Source: an uncultured Phycisphaerales bacterium (lineage in GTDB: Bacteria; Planctomycetota; Phycisphaerae; Tepidisphaerales; Tepidisphaeraceae). From it: a stretch of 64,000 bases of DNA. The position numbers and the translations under genes were made by a program. Numbering within the stretch: the stretch's first letter is position 1; the number at the start of each line of letters is the position of its first letter. The stretch is taken from the NCBI GenBank assembly GCA_963844715.1, contig CAWJPJ010000007.1, positions 1,248,001 through 1,312,000 on the forward strand. Reading direction: 5' to 3'. Below are positions 53,305 through 63,296 of the stretch, piece by piece. The notes beneath the pieces were generated by a model. The model saw nothing but the letters and a program-made list of their open reading frames with translations, made no database searches and had not been told where the DNA came from.

Positions 53305-53350
53305 GAGATATCCGCGGGTGCGAGCACCTTTGGATATCTCCATTTTTTTT
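53305..53350 (+). terminator. Rho-independent terminator
   Basis: ggagatatcc/ggatatctcc stem followed by a T8 run. Confidence 0.7.
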
Positions 53351-53382
53351 GCGCACTGATCCCGGGCGACGGGGTGGCGGAT

Positions 53383-54642
53383 TTACTTGCGGAGTTCGGC
53401 GGCAACCTGGCGAATGGGGCCTGTCCAATCGCCCGGAACAGTTTGGCGGAACAGCCGCGCGCTCGGATACCAAATCGAATCGGCGCGCCCGTGCATCCAA
53501 CGCCAATCCGGCGCGGCAGCCAGGAGCACCCACGCCGGTTTTCCCAAAGCTCCGGCGAGATGAACCACCGCGGAGTCCACCGACAGAACCAGATCAAGAT
53601 TGGCGACCAGCGCCGCGGTTTCCGCCAAGTCGGATAATTCGCTTGTCCAATCGATCAGGTGAAGGTCGGTGGGAATCATTTCGTTTTGACCTGGATCGCC
53701 GCCTTTTTGCAGGCTGAAGAATCGAGCGCCAGGAATCGATGCAAGCGGCGCGAGGAACGCCGGTGGCAGGGATCGCTGCCGATCGTTGAGATGTTTCGGA
53801 CTGCCGGCCCAGGCCAGGCCGATGCGAAGGCGTCCGCCATGTTGCGCCACGCGCTGCTGCCAGAATTTGATCCGCGAGCTTTCGCATCGCAAATAAGGAA
53901 TGGGGCCGGGCAAATCTGATGTCGAGATTTTCAAAATTCCCGGCACGCTCAACAGGGGGCAATGCCGATCGAATTCCGGATGCGGTTCCCCCACGGCGAT
54001 GACGCGGGCCGGCCCGTCCAGCGTTTGGAGCAGTGGGACCAGCGCGGGCGGCGATTCCAGATAAACCATCGCTCCCCGCATGGCGATTTGCGGCACAAAT
54101 CGCGCGAATTGGATGGCATCGCCCAATCCCTGCTCGGCGTGGACGAGGACGCGCAGACCGGCGGGATTTTCGCCCGTCCACTGCGGCTGTGAAAATTGCC
54201 GCGGCGCGGAAGTGAACCCGGGGACGCGCCAGCGCCAGTCGTAATGCGGCCAAGCGGAGGGATAATCGCCGCTTGTCAGCAGGGCGATCCCGAGGTTGAA
54301 GTGCGCGGCGGGTTCGTCGGGCGCCAAGATCAGGGCCTGACGCTGGGCGGCAATCGCGTCTTTGCATCGTCCGGCATCGAGCAGCGCATTGCCGAGATTG
54401 ACCCACGAGGCGGCGTAATCAGGACGCAATTCAATGGCTCGACGGCAGGCGGCGATCGCCTCATCAACTCGCCCGGATTTCCACAGCGCGTGGCCCAAAT
54501 TGCTATGTACCTGCGCGTAATCCGGCCGCAACTCCAGCGCGCGCCGATAGGCGTCGGCGGCCTCGTCGTAGTTTCGCTGGGTCACCAGCGAATTGCCGAG
54601 GCGAATCCAGCCGTCCAAGTCGTTCGGATGCGGGGCGGGCAC
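53383..54642 (-). CDS. TPR-repeat glycosyltransferase (GT9-like C-terminus)
   Basis: TPRs, then WTGE, AEQGLGDAIQFARF, IGLAWAGSP, DLVLSVDSAVVHLAGALG and WRW...SIWYPSARLFRQ. Confidence 0.9.
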   Translation of the reverse strand: MPAPHPNDLDGWIRLGNSLVTQRNYDEAADAYRRALELRPDYAQVHSNLGHALWKSGRVDEAIAACRRAIELRPDYAASWVNLGNALLDAGRCKDAIAAQRQALILAPDEPAAHFNLGIALLTSGDYPSAWPHYDWRWRVPGFTSAPRQFSQPQWTGENPAGLRVLVHAEQGLGDAIQFARFVPQIAMRGAMVYLESPPALVPLLQTLDGPARVIAVGEPHPEFDRHCPLLSVPGILKISTSDLPGPIPYLRCESSRIKFWQQRVAQHGGRLRIGLAWAGSPKHLNDRQRSLPPAFLAPLASIPGARFFSLQKGGDPGQNEMIPTDLHLIDWTSELSDLAETAALVANLDLVLSVDSAVVHLAGALGKPAWVLLAAAPDWRWMHGRADSIWYPSARLFRQTVPGDWTGPIRQVAAELRK

Positions 54643-54750
54643 GCGGCAATTATATCTCGCGCGGAAACCAAACACGAAATCCCGCGGTTCGTGCCGGGTC
54701 TTGCGGCGCATTTCGTCTCCCGGCCATGTCGAGAGTTGCGCTTAGCCCGC

Positions 54751-54783
54751 AAAAAAATACCCGGCGAATAAATTCGCCGGGCT
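54751..54783 (-). terminator. Rho-independent terminator
   Basis: cccggcgaat/attcgccggg stem with an A run on +. Confidence 0.6.
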
Positions 54784-54823
54784 TCGGAATGACATAATTC
54801 AATCAGTGGATGGGCATGGGAAG

Positions 54824-55903
54824 TCAGATGTCAAACTTCCAGATTTCTAGTTGATTGGTTACGTCATTGACGGCCGCGAAGGTGACCTGGTCACCGATGG
54901 TTTGCACTGCAAGCCCGAACGCGCCGCCGGCGGCGGGGTTGATTTCATATTCCGTGACGTACTGACCCTGGGGCGTAAATTCGACGATCTCACTGTTTTC
55001 GACGTTGTTCGGATCGGCGTTCACGGCGTCGCCGTTGGCAGTCAGGAGATCGCCGTTGGGGGCGAAGGCGAGAGCCAGCGGGCCGCGGAGATGAGAATTC
55101 GCGAAGACGAGTTTTTCCTTGCCGACGTGGAACGGGGTGGTCTCGGCGTTGGCGATGCTATAGATCGCGTTGTCATCGGTCGAGGCGACGTAGAGCGTGT
55201 CGGTGGCTTGATTGAACGCCAAGCCGGTGGGGCCGACGATCAGAGCGGCCGAATTGGGAGCCACGCCGTAACCGCTGGCGATAATGCTTTCGCCCAACAC
55301 TTTGACGTTGTCGCCGCTCGAGGGGACGGACAGGACGAGGCGCGACACGGTTCCGTTCAGTACGTTGGAGACGAATACGTCGGCGACGGACCCGTGCTGG
55401 TCGATTGCCAAATCCCATGGGCCATCGAGAAATACGGAGCTTTTGAGGGTATCGACGACGTGGCCATTTTTATCGAGGATCAGTAGGGAGCCGGGGCCGT
55501 TGATGGTGGATCCGCCGCCGGTAGGAGCGTTTCCGACCAGGACGAATCCCTCCGGCAGGACCCCGAGTGCGGTGGTGAGGCCTAATCCGGTGGGGCCTTG
55601 GAAGAAAGTGGTCTGCTTGCCAGTATTGGGATTGATTTCAACGATGGTGGTTCCGGTCCCCTGAGCGTTGCCACTGGTGTTGAAATTGGAGACGAGGACA
55701 TCTCCGGCAATGAGCTTCCCCCCGCCGGCGATATTTTGCGGCACGAAGGCGACGCCGTAAGGATTCACATCGCCATTCGCGGGCACGGTCGACGAGATGA
55801 CGTTTGGAAATCCCAGGTGCGATAGAAATGACGCCGAGAGAAGCGTGCGCTTCTCGAGTGTTTCGACAAAAGCGCCAATCGCTTTGCACTTTCTTCCTGA
55901 CAT
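54824..55903 (-). CDS. Planctomycete extracellular (LEPR-XLL-type) beta-propeller protein
   Basis: N-terminal ETLEKRTLLS; NGDVNPYGVAFVP, DGPWDLA, GPTGLAF and GPLALAFAPNGDL repeats. Confidence 0.75.
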   Translation of the reverse strand: MSGRKCKAIGAFVETLEKRTLLSASFLSHLGFPNVISSTVPANGDVNPYGVAFVPQNIAGGGKLIAGDVLVSNFNTSGNAQGTGTTIVEINPNTGKQTTFFQGPTGLGLTTALGVLPEGFVLVGNAPTGGGSTINGPGSLLILDKNGHVVDTLKSSVFLDGPWDLAIDQHGSVADVFVSNVLNGTVSRLVLSVPSSGDNVKVLGESIIASGYGVAPNSAALIVGPTGLAFNQATDTLYVASTDDNAIYSIANAETTPFHVGKEKLVFANSHLRGPLALAFAPNGDLLTANGDAVNADPNNVENSEIVEFTPQGQYVTEYEINPAAGGAFGLAVQTIGDQVTFAAVNDVTNQLEIWKFDI

Positions 55904-56075
55904 GTTTTTCCTCCTGTTTGAGTGAGGAAGGTATCTAATCTGCGCAAGATGAAATTGAAATGTTTCTGCAAAGATTGCAGAAGACGGTGCGCAAACTGCA
56001 AAAGGATTGTCAGAAAAAAATAAACGATGAGACTATCGGGATTATTCAGTTGTAGTTTTTGATCGCTTCGGTGGC

Positions 56076-56849
56076 TTACGACTGAACCGCCGCGCGATCG
56101 GCGGAGCCGTGGCGATACATGAGGATCTGCACATATTCCATCGTGATCATTCCCTCTTGAACCATGGTTTCTAGATGGGGCAGCAGCACTTTGACTTTGT
56201 CCTCGGTGTCGACGACTTCGATCACCACGGGGAGATCGGAGGACATCTCGAGCAGGGCCGCCTTGTGGACGACGCTGCGGGCGCCGAAACCTTCGGTGCC
56301 GCGCAGGACCGTGGCGCCGGCGAGGCCGAGTTCGCGAATCTTCTCCACGATCGCTTCATGGAGGGGTTTTTTCTGATGCTTGTCGGATTCGCCGATGAAA
56401 ACGCGCAAAAGCACGCCATTTTCCTGCTTGTTCATATGGCTCCCAGGTTCGATGTGGGGCAGGGTGGAAAGGGGTTTCAGTGCGCCGGCAAGGCTCAGGT
56501 GATTGGCATCGGTTTGCTGGCGCTGTCTATACATCATGACGGCGGCGCGTTCGAGGGTGAGCATGCCGCCGATCATGATCTTGTCGAGCGGGCCGTGGAC
56601 GAATTGGGCGATCTTTTCGCCGCTGTCGACGATCTCAACGACAACGGGAACATGCTGGATGATCGACCAGGGCGAGGACTGGATCAGGCCGTGGTAGCCG
56701 GCCCCGAGGATTCCGCGGATGACGGTGCAGCCGGCTAGTTTTTCCTTGCGCGCGGCTTTGACGATGCGCTCGTGAGTGGGGATGAGCGGAGCGCGATCGG
56801 CGCTTTGCAGATAGATCCGGAGCAGAACTTGTTCGCCGACGAGGCTCAT
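56076..56849 (-). CDS. Tandem double DUF190 (PII-like) protein
   Basis: Two repeats: LLRIYL..AD..GCTVIRGILG..PVVVEIVDS..LTLE and LLRVFIGESD..GATVLRGTEGFG..DLPVVIEVVD..ITME. Confidence 0.85.
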   Translation of the reverse strand: MSLVGEQVLLRIYLQSADRAPLIPTHERIVKAARKEKLAGCTVIRGILGAGYHGLIQSSPWSIIQHVPVVVEIVDSGEKIAQFVHGPLDKIMIGGMLTLERAAVMMYRQRQQTDANHLSLAGALKPLSTLPHIEPGSHMNKQENGVLLRVFIGESDKHQKKPLHEAIVEKIRELGLAGATVLRGTEGFGARSVVHKAALLEMSSDLPVVIEVVDTEDKVKVLLPHLETMVQEGMITMEYVQILMYRHGSADRAAVQS

Positions 56850-56857
56850 GTCGATCT

Positions 56858-57238
56858 TTAGCTCCAGTTGGCAATCATCATACCCAATCGCACGGCAATG
56901 ATGCCCGCGAAAAGGCTTCCCAGCAGATTCATGATCGCCAAAAAGCCCGCGCCATCGTCGGCAAGTTTGTTGGATTCGTACATAAACGTCGAGAAGGTCG
57001 TATAAGCTCCGACGAATCCGACGCCGATGGCAAGTTTCGTGGTATCCGAGAGGTTATACTTCCCCGAGTAAGCGACAAACCATCCGAGGAAGAGGCTGCC
57101 TGTTATGTTGATGATGAACGTGCCGAGGGGGAACCGGAGATTGAGCTTGCCGATCTGCGAGGCCAGCACATAGCGCAGAAGAGCACCGGCTGAGCCAGCC
57201 ATAGCGATCGCCAAGTATCGAGCCATCAATGTGTTCAT
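56858..57238 (-). CDS. crcB: Fluoride channel Fluc/CrcB
   Basis: GALLRY, FPLGTFIINITGS and GFVGAYTTFSTF signature. Confidence 0.95.
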   Translation of the reverse strand: MNTLMARYLAIAMAGSAGALLRYVLASQIGKLNLRFPLGTFIINITGSLFLGWFVAYSGKYNLSDTTKLAIGVGFVGAYTTFSTFMYESNKLADDGAGFLAIMNLLGSLFAGIIAVRLGMMIANWS

Positions 57239-57250
57239 AGTCGTGCCCTG

Positions 57251-57290
57251 AAAACGAAAATACCCTGACGCGGCGGGAGCCCCGTCAGGG
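57251..57290 (-). terminator. Intrinsic terminator in the riboswitch expression platform
   Basis: Minus strand ccctgacg...cgtcaggg followed by tattttcgtttt, between the aptamer and crcB. Confidence 0.6.
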
Positions 57291-57325
57291 CAGATTCTCG
57301 CAAATCTCCCAACGGGCAAATGCCC

Positions 57326-57382
57326 GGCAGGAGTCATTGGCCCCGAGGTCATCGAGGCGATTTCGGCGGACTCCACCGCCAA
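57326..57382 (-). promoter_or_regulatory. Fluoride (crcB) riboswitch
   Basis: Minus strand GGCGGTGGAGTCCGCC-GAAATCGCC...GCCAATGACTCCTGCC matches the consensus GGCGAUGGAGUUCGCC...GCUAAUGACUCCUAC and sits upstream of crcB. Confidence 0.9.
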
Positions 57383-57498
57383 GTTGTTACCCTATTTATC
57401 GGCGTATTTGGACGTTTGCAATAGCGGACTCATCGGCGGACTCCGCTGGCGGCGCGGTCAGCGTCGCCCGACAAAATTCGAAACGCGACAAAATAAAA

Positions 57499-57589
57499 CG
57501 GAGAGGCCGGGATTCGAACCCGGGATACGAGTTTGACCCCGTATAACGGTTTAGCAAACCGTCGCCTTCAGCCGCTCGGCCACCTCTCC
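57499..57589 (-). tRNA. tRNA-Ser(GCT)
   Basis: GGAGAGGTGGCCGAGCGGCTGAAGGCG...GTTTGCTAAAC, long variable arm, GGTTCGAATCCC, CCTCTCCG. CCA is not encoded. Confidence 0.95.
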
Positions 57590-57805
57590 AATCTGATCGC
57601 TGCGATTATGCCCGAATCCGCCCGGTGGTGACAAGTCGGGGGCGGCAAATAATGAGTTGATGGGTCGCGAACGGTTAATAGTTCCCATTGCATTGAGGCG
57701 CGGATTTCGGCGGATATTGCTCCAGTTGGCATGTTATCAGGTCGGGGTGCACAAGTGGCCATTGGGCGGCATTTTGCCGATAAAGTGCATTGGAGTTGTT
57801 GAAAA

Positions 57806-59665
57806 ATGACAGGAATAAATTCGGCGGCCACGATCGGGCCTAAGGACTCAAACTGGAAAATCTCGGACGCCTTTCTTCCCAAGACAATCGTTTGTCTGCG
57901 CGAGGGGTACGGGCGTGCGTTTTTCTGGAAGGATCTGGGCGCGGGAGTGACGGTGGCGATTATCGCGCTGCCGCTCTCGCTGGCCTTGGCGATTGGGGCG
58001 GGGGTGCGGCCGGAGCAGGGGCTTTTCACCGCCATCATCGCGGGATTCATTATCTCGCTGCTGGGAGGAAGCCGGGTGCAGGTCGGCGGACCCGCGGCGG
58101 CGTTCATGGCGATCATCGCGGCGATCGTCGCCCGCGACGGGTATGAGGGGCTGTGCATCGCCGGACTTATGGCGGGGGTGATCCTGATCCTGATGGGGCT
58201 GGCGGGGTTTGGGTCTCTGATCAAATTCATTCCGTATCCCGTGACCACGGGATTCACCAGCGGGATCGCCGTCGTGATCTTCACGTCGCAAATTCGCGAT
58301 CTTCTGGGATTGGCCGTCAGCTATGTGAACGACAAAGGGCAACTTGTGCACGGTATGCCGCCGGGATTCCTCAGCGGCTGGCATGTTCTGTTCCAATCTT
58401 TTCACTCGATCAATTGGGTGGCGGCAGGATTTGGGATCGGGGCGCTGTTGATGCTGATCGCGTTGCGCCGATTGGCTCCGCGCGTGCCGGGAGCGATTAT
58501 TGTCGTCGTCGCCGGGGCGGTGCTGGTCTCGACGCTGCATCTGTCGGCCAAGCCAGGCGCCGGGGGGATCGAGACATTGGGGACGCGGTTCGGCGGGATT
58601 CCCAGCGGGCTGCCGGCCCCACATATGCCGGTAAAGCTGTCCAGCTGGAAGGATGTTTCAGTGGCGTGGAATCGGGCGTATACGCTGATTCCGGAGGCGA
58701 CGACGATCGCGCTGCTTTGTGCGATCGAATCGCTGCTTTGCGCGGTCGTGGCCGACGGAATGATCGGCGGGAGACATAAGAGCAACTGCGAACTGGTGGC
58801 GCAAGGAATCGCCAACATCGCGTCGATCATCTTCGGCGGGATTCCCGCGACGGGCGTCATCGCGCGAACGGCCGCCAACGTGAAAAGCGGCGGCAGAACG
58901 CCGCTGGCGGGGATGGTGCACTCGGCGACTTTGCTGATCCTGATGCTCCTGCTCGCGCCATATGCGAGCCAGATCCCGCTGGCTGTTCTGGCGGCGATCC
59001 TGATTGTGGTCGCGTGGAATATGGCGGAGATCGATCACTTCAAGTCGATCTTCCGCGCCCGCGCGGATCGCTTGGTGCTGCTGACGACGTTCGGGCTCAC
59101 GGTGCTGACGGACCTGACCAAAGGCGTAGGAGTTGGCATGGTGCTGGCGGCGTTTCTGTTCATGAAACGCATGACGGACGTGACAATCGTGGGCGGCATC
59201 CGCCAGGAGATGGAGGAGAAGGAAGACGAGTTCGCGGATTTGATCGATCCGAATTCGATCACCCGCCGAGCGCTTCCGGCCCATACCGAGGTGTACGAGA
59301 TCAACGGGCCGTTTTTCTTCGGCGTCGCCGACCGGCTGCAAGACACGCTGCGAGGCCTGGAGCGGCCGCCGAAGGTCTTCATTTTGCGCATGCGGCGGGT
59401 TCCGGCGGTGGACGCGACGGGGATGCATGCCCTCGATGAATTTCAACACAAGTGCCGCAAGCAGGGCACCGTGCTCCTGCTCTCAGGCGTGCACTCGCAG
59501 CCGATCTACGCGATGACGCAATATGGGCTCGTGGACAAAATCGGCATGGAGAACATGCACGCGAACATCGACGAGGCATTGAATCACGCCAGACAGATCG
59601 TCGGCGAGCCCGAGCAACCCCGGCCGGCGGATGCGCTGCCGGAAGTGAATAGGGAGCGGCGATAA
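57806..59665 (+). CDS. SulP/SLC26 family anion permease with STAS domain
   Basis: DLGAGVTVAIIALPLSLALAI, GGSRVQVGGP, ELVAQGIAN, TGVIARTAAN and YEINGPFFFG motifs. The start is uncertain. Confidence 0.9.
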   Translation: MTGINSAATIGPKDSNWKISDAFLPKTIVCLREGYGRAFFWKDLGAGVTVAIIALPLSLALAIGAGVRPEQGLFTAIIAGFIISLLGGSRVQVGGPAAAFMAIIAAIVARDGYEGLCIAGLMAGVILILMGLAGFGSLIKFIPYPVTTGFTSGIAVVIFTSQIRDLLGLAVSYVNDKGQLVHGMPPGFLSGWHVLFQSFHSINWVAAGFGIGALLMLIALRRLAPRVPGAIIVVVAGAVLVSTLHLSAKPGAGGIETLGTRFGGIPSGLPAPHMPVKLSSWKDVSVAWNRAYTLIPEATTIALLCAIESLLCAVVADGMIGGRHKSNCELVAQGIANIASIIFGGIPATGVIARTAANVKSGGRTPLAGMVHSATLLILMLLLAPYASQIPLAVLAAILIVVAWNMAEIDHFKSIFRARADRLVLLTTFGLTVLTDLTKGVGVGMVLAAFLFMKRMTDVTIVGGIRQEMEEKEDEFADLIDPNSITRRALPAHTEVYEINGPFFFGVADRLQDTLRGLERPPKVFILRMRRVPAVDATGMHALDEFQHKCRKQGTVLLLSGVHSQPIYAMTQYGLVDKIGMENMHANIDEALNHARQIVGEPEQPRPADALPEVNRERR

Positions 59666-59782
59666 GCCAATTTAATTTTTGGCGGCGATCCCTTTGTTCC
59701 CTCCCCGGAGTACCGAGAAAGGGAGCAATTTGGCGGGCTGCTCGGTGGGGTTTTACGGTTTTTTCAAGTCTCAGAACCGCGA

Positions 59783-62329
59783 TCAAGTTGCGTCGCTAGA
59801 CGCCGCCGGCGCGGCGACGGGTTTGTCGCCGGCGGCGGCCTTTTCGTCGGCGGTGTTGACGGCATCGAAGTACAGATGCTTATCGCCGGCCTCTTCGGTC
59901 TTGACGCTGATGCGGATCAGGTCCTTGCCTTTGAAGTTGCCGCGGAGGATTTCCTCGCTGAGCGGGTCCTCGACGTTTTGCTCGATGGCCCGACGCAGCG
60001 GGCGGGCGCCGAAATCGGTGCTGGTGCCCTTGTCGATGAGGAAGTCGCGGGCTTCCTGCGTCAATTCGATCTTCATGCCATGGTCGATAAGGCGCTTGGT
60101 GACCTTGCGCAGCTCGAATTCGACGATGTGCTCGAGATCATTCCGACCCAGCGGGCGGAAGACGATGACGTCGTCGAGACGTCCGATGAATTCGGGACGG
60201 AAGTATCGCTCGATTTCCTTTACCAGAGTCTGCTTGATCGTCTGGTAGGTGCGTTCTTCCTTTTCGCCCTTGCGAGAGGGTTGAAGGCCGAACTGCGGGC
60301 CGCCGTCCTTGATCAGTTCAGCGCCGATGTTGCTGGTCATGATCATGACGACGTTGCGGAAATCGACATGCCGGCCGAAGGAGTCGGTCAGACGGCCTTC
60401 CTCCATGATCTGAAGGAGCATGTTGAAGACGTCGGGGTGCGCCTTCTCTACTTCGTCGAGGAGGACGACGCTATACGGCCGGCGGCGGATGCGCTCGGTG
60501 AGCTGCCCGCCTTCCTCGTAGCCGACGTAGCCCGGAGGCGCGCCGATCAGGCGGCTGACGTTATGCTTCTCCATGTATTCGCTCATGTCGATCTGAACGA
60601 GGGCGTCCTGATCGCCAAACATAAACTCGGCCAGGGCCTTGCTGAGCAGCGTCTTGCCGACGCCGGACGGGCCGAGGAACAGGAACGACCCCATCGGGCG
60701 ATGCGGGTCTTTCAAACCCGAGCGGGCCCGGCGAATGGTTTTGCTGATGGCCTTGATCGCCTCGTCCTGGGAGACCACGCGCTTGTGGAGTTCGTTTTCC
60801 AGTTCGAGCAGGCGCTGTGCCTCTTCTTTTTCCAGGCGGGTGAGCGGCACGCCGGTCATTTTGCTGACGACTTCGGCGACGACTTCCTCGTCCACGACGC
60901 CGTCCACTTCCTTGGCCCGCTCGCGCCACTGGCGCTGCATCTCTTCCTTCTTGGCTCGCAGGCCCTCGGCCTGATCGCGGAGCTTGGCGGCTTCCTCGTA
61001 TTCGGCGTTGCGAACCGCCTCGTCCTTGGAAATGCTCAGCCGCTCGATCTGCTCCTCGATTTCCGCCAGATTCGGGGGCTTGGTCATGCTCCGCAGGCGG
61101 ACGCGAGCGCCGGCCTCGTCGAGGACGTCAATGGCCTTATCCGGCAGGCAGCGCCCGGTGATATAGCGGTCGGATAACTCGACTGCGGCATCCAAAGCCG
61201 AGTCAAGAATCTGCACGCGGTGATGCGCTTCGTACCGGTCGCGCAGGCCCTTGAGGATTTCGATCGTATCGGTGCTGCTGGGCGGATCGACCGTGATCGG
61301 CTGGAATCGCCGCGCCAGAGCCGCGTCTTTTTCGATGTACTTGCGGTATTCGTCGAACGTCGTCGCGCCGATGCACTGAATCTCGCCGCGTGAGAGCGCG
61401 GGCTTCAGAACGTTGCTGGCGTCGATCGCCCCTTCAGCGCCGCCGGCGCCGACGAGGGTGTGTAGCTCGTCGATGAAGAGGATGACGTTTTTGGCGCGGC
61501 GGACTTCGTTCATGACCGCCTTAATGCGCTCTTCGAACTGTCCGCGATATTTGGTGCCGGCCACCATCATCGCCAGATCGAGCACGACGATGCGGCGGTC
61601 GTGCAGAATCTCCGGCACGTTGCTGGAGACGACCATCTGCGCCAGACCTTCGACGATCGCCGTCTTGCCGACGCCGGCTTCGCCGAGGAGAACGGGGTTG
61701 TTCTTCTGGCGTCGGCAGAGGATCTGGATGACGCGTTCGATCTCGTTTTTCCGGCCGATGACCGGATCGAGTTGTCCTTCGCGGGCCAGTTCGGTCAGAT
61801 CGCGGCCGAAGCTGTCCAGCGCCGGGGTCTTGCTTTTACGGTTCTGTCCCTGTTTTTCCTGAGCTTGGGGTTCTTCGCTTTCCACGCCTGCTCCCAATAG
61901 GTTCAAAACTTCTTCCCGAACTTCCTCGAGCTTGAGGCCCAGATTCATGAGCACCTGCGCCGCGACACCGTCGTGTTCGCGAAGCAGGCCGAGCAGCAAA
62001 TGTTCCGTGCCTACGTAATTGTGATTCAGGTTCCTGGCTTCCTCGATTGCGTATTCGATGACTTTCTTGGCCCGCGGGGTCTGTGGGAGTTTTCCCATGG
62101 TGACCATATCCGGGCCGCTCTTGACCAGCTTTTCGACTTCAAGCCTTACCTTACGAAGATCGACATCCAGATTCTTGAGCACGTTAGCTCCGACGCCGGA
62201 GCCTTCCTTCACGAGGCCGAGCAGGATGTGCTCGGTGCCGATGTATTCGTGATTGAAGCGCTGGGCTTCCTGGTTAGCCAGCGCCATGACTTTTCGTGCC
62301 CGGTCCGTGAATCGTTCGAACATGTCCAT
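59783..62329 (-). CDS. clpC: ATP-dependent Clp protease ATP-binding subunit ClpC
   Basis: [12 protein letters not shown]lp-N repeats, GEAGVGKT and GPSGVGKT Walker A motifs, UVR middle domain, [11 protein letters not shown]. Confidence 0.95.
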   Translation of the reverse strand: MDMFERFTDRARKVMALANQEAQRFNHEYIGTEHILLGLVKEGSGVGANVLKNLDVDLRKVRLEVEKLVKSGPDMVTMGKLPQTPRAKKVIEYAIEEARNLNHNYVGTEHLLLGLLREHDGVAAQVLMNLGLKLEEVREEVLNLLGAGVESEEPQAQEKQGQNRKSKTPALDSFGRDLTELAREGQLDPVIGRKNEIERVIQILCRRQKNNPVLLGEAGVGKTAIVEGLAQMVVSSNVPEILHDRRIVVLDLAMMVAGTKYRGQFEERIKAVMNEVRRAKNVILFIDELHTLVGAGGAEGAIDASNVLKPALSRGEIQCIGATTFDEYRKYIEKDAALARRFQPITVDPPSSTDTIEILKGLRDRYEAHHRVQILDSALDAAVELSDRYITGRCLPDKAIDVLDEAGARVRLRSMTKPPNLAEIEEQIERLSISKDEAVRNAEYEEAAKLRDQAEGLRAKKEEMQRQWRERAKEVDGVVDEEVVAEVVSKMTGVPLTRLEKEEAQRLLELENELHKRVVSQDEAIKAISKTIRRARSGLKDPHRPMGSFLFLGPSGVGKTLLSKALAEFMFGDQDALVQIDMSEYMEKHNVSRLIGAPPGYVGYEEGGQLTERIRRRPYSVVLLDEVEKAHPDVFNMLLQIMEEGRLTDSFGRHVDFRNVVMIMTSNIGAELIKDGGPQFGLQPSRKGEKEERTYQTIKQTLVKEIERYFRPEFIGRLDDVIVFRPLGRNDLEHIVEFELRKVTKRLIDHGMKIELTQEARDFLIDKGTSTDFGARPLRRAIEQNVEDPLSEEILRGNFKGKDLIRISVKTEEAGDKHLYFDAVNTADEKAAAGDKPVAAPAASSDAT

Positions 62330-62557
62330 CTCCTGTGGCCGGCGCTTGTTGGGCGCCGGTCCCTCTTTCGGATTTCAGCCAATGCCGCCGGGGGACGCCT
62401 TTTGAGCGGCCCCCGATTGTAGGGGCGGCTGCCCCGACGAGGCAATGTCTGGGACGGCGGCCGATCGAGAATAATATCGGCTCAATTTTAATACGCGGTG
62501 AACCTTCGCTTTCACGCCTTGAGATCGGCCGGTACTTCGCCGATAACAACGCCACCG

Positions 62558-63229
62558 ATGTCTTTAATCCATCAGCTTCTGGACCTGGTCCTGCACCTCG
62601 ACAAGCACCTGAACAGCTTCGCCGCGGATCATCAGACGGGCGTTTATGTGCTTCTGGCGGCAATCGTCTTCTGCGAGACCGGGCTGGTGGTCTGGCCCTT
62701 TTTGCCGGGGGATTCGCTTCTGTTCGCGGTCGGAGCACTGGCGGCGACGGCGGGGTCGCCGATCAACCTGCCGCTGGTGATCGTTTTGCTCTGCCTATGC
62801 GCCAATTGCGGGGATGTGCTGAATTACACGGTTGGCTATCGCGTGGGCCCAAAGGTCTTTAGCCGGGACTCGACCTGGCTGCTTAACAAGAAGCACCTGG
62901 ACGAGGCGCATCGCTTTTATGACAGACATGGGCGCAAGACCATCATTTTGGCCCGGTTCGTGCCGATCATCCGGACCTTCGCCCCCTTCGTCGCGGGGAT
63001 CGGGAAGATGCCATTTTCACGATTTATCGGGTTCAGCATCAGCGGCGGCGTGCTCTGGGTCTGCGCGATGACCCTGGCCGGTTACTTCTTCGGACAAATC
63101 GCCGTGGTGAAAAGTCACTTCGAGATCGTGATCCTGGCGATCATTGCGATCAGTCTGATCCCGATGGCGATTCACGCGCTTCAATCGCGGAGCAAATCGG
63201 CGGCAGCTTTCGAAATGAAAGTCGATTGA
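62558..63229 (+). CDS. dedA: DedA family membrane protein
   Basis: FCETGLVVWPFLPGDSLLFAVG and ARFVPIIRTFAPFVAG motifs. Confidence 0.95.
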   Translation: MSLIHQLLDLVLHLDKHLNSFAADHQTGVYVLLAAIVFCETGLVVWPFLPGDSLLFAVGALAATAGSPINLPLVIVLLCLCANCGDVLNYTVGYRVGPKVFSRDSTWLLNKKHLDEAHRFYDRHGRKTIILARFVPIIRTFAPFVAGIGKMPFSRFIGFSISGGVLWVCAMTLAGYFFGQIAVVKSHFEIVILAIIAISLIPMAIHALQSRSKSAAAFEMKVD

Positions 63230-63261
63230 ACAGTCGCCAGCAAATTAGGGCAATTATATAC

Positions 63262-63290
63262 TTGACAACTCTGGTTGATTTCCGTACAAT
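63262..63290 (+). promoter_or_regulatory. Sigma70-type promoter for the transposase
   Basis: TTGACA (63262-67), 17 nt, TACAAT (63285-90). The ATG begins at 63297. Confidence 0.7.
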
Positions 63291-63296
63291 TCCGGC

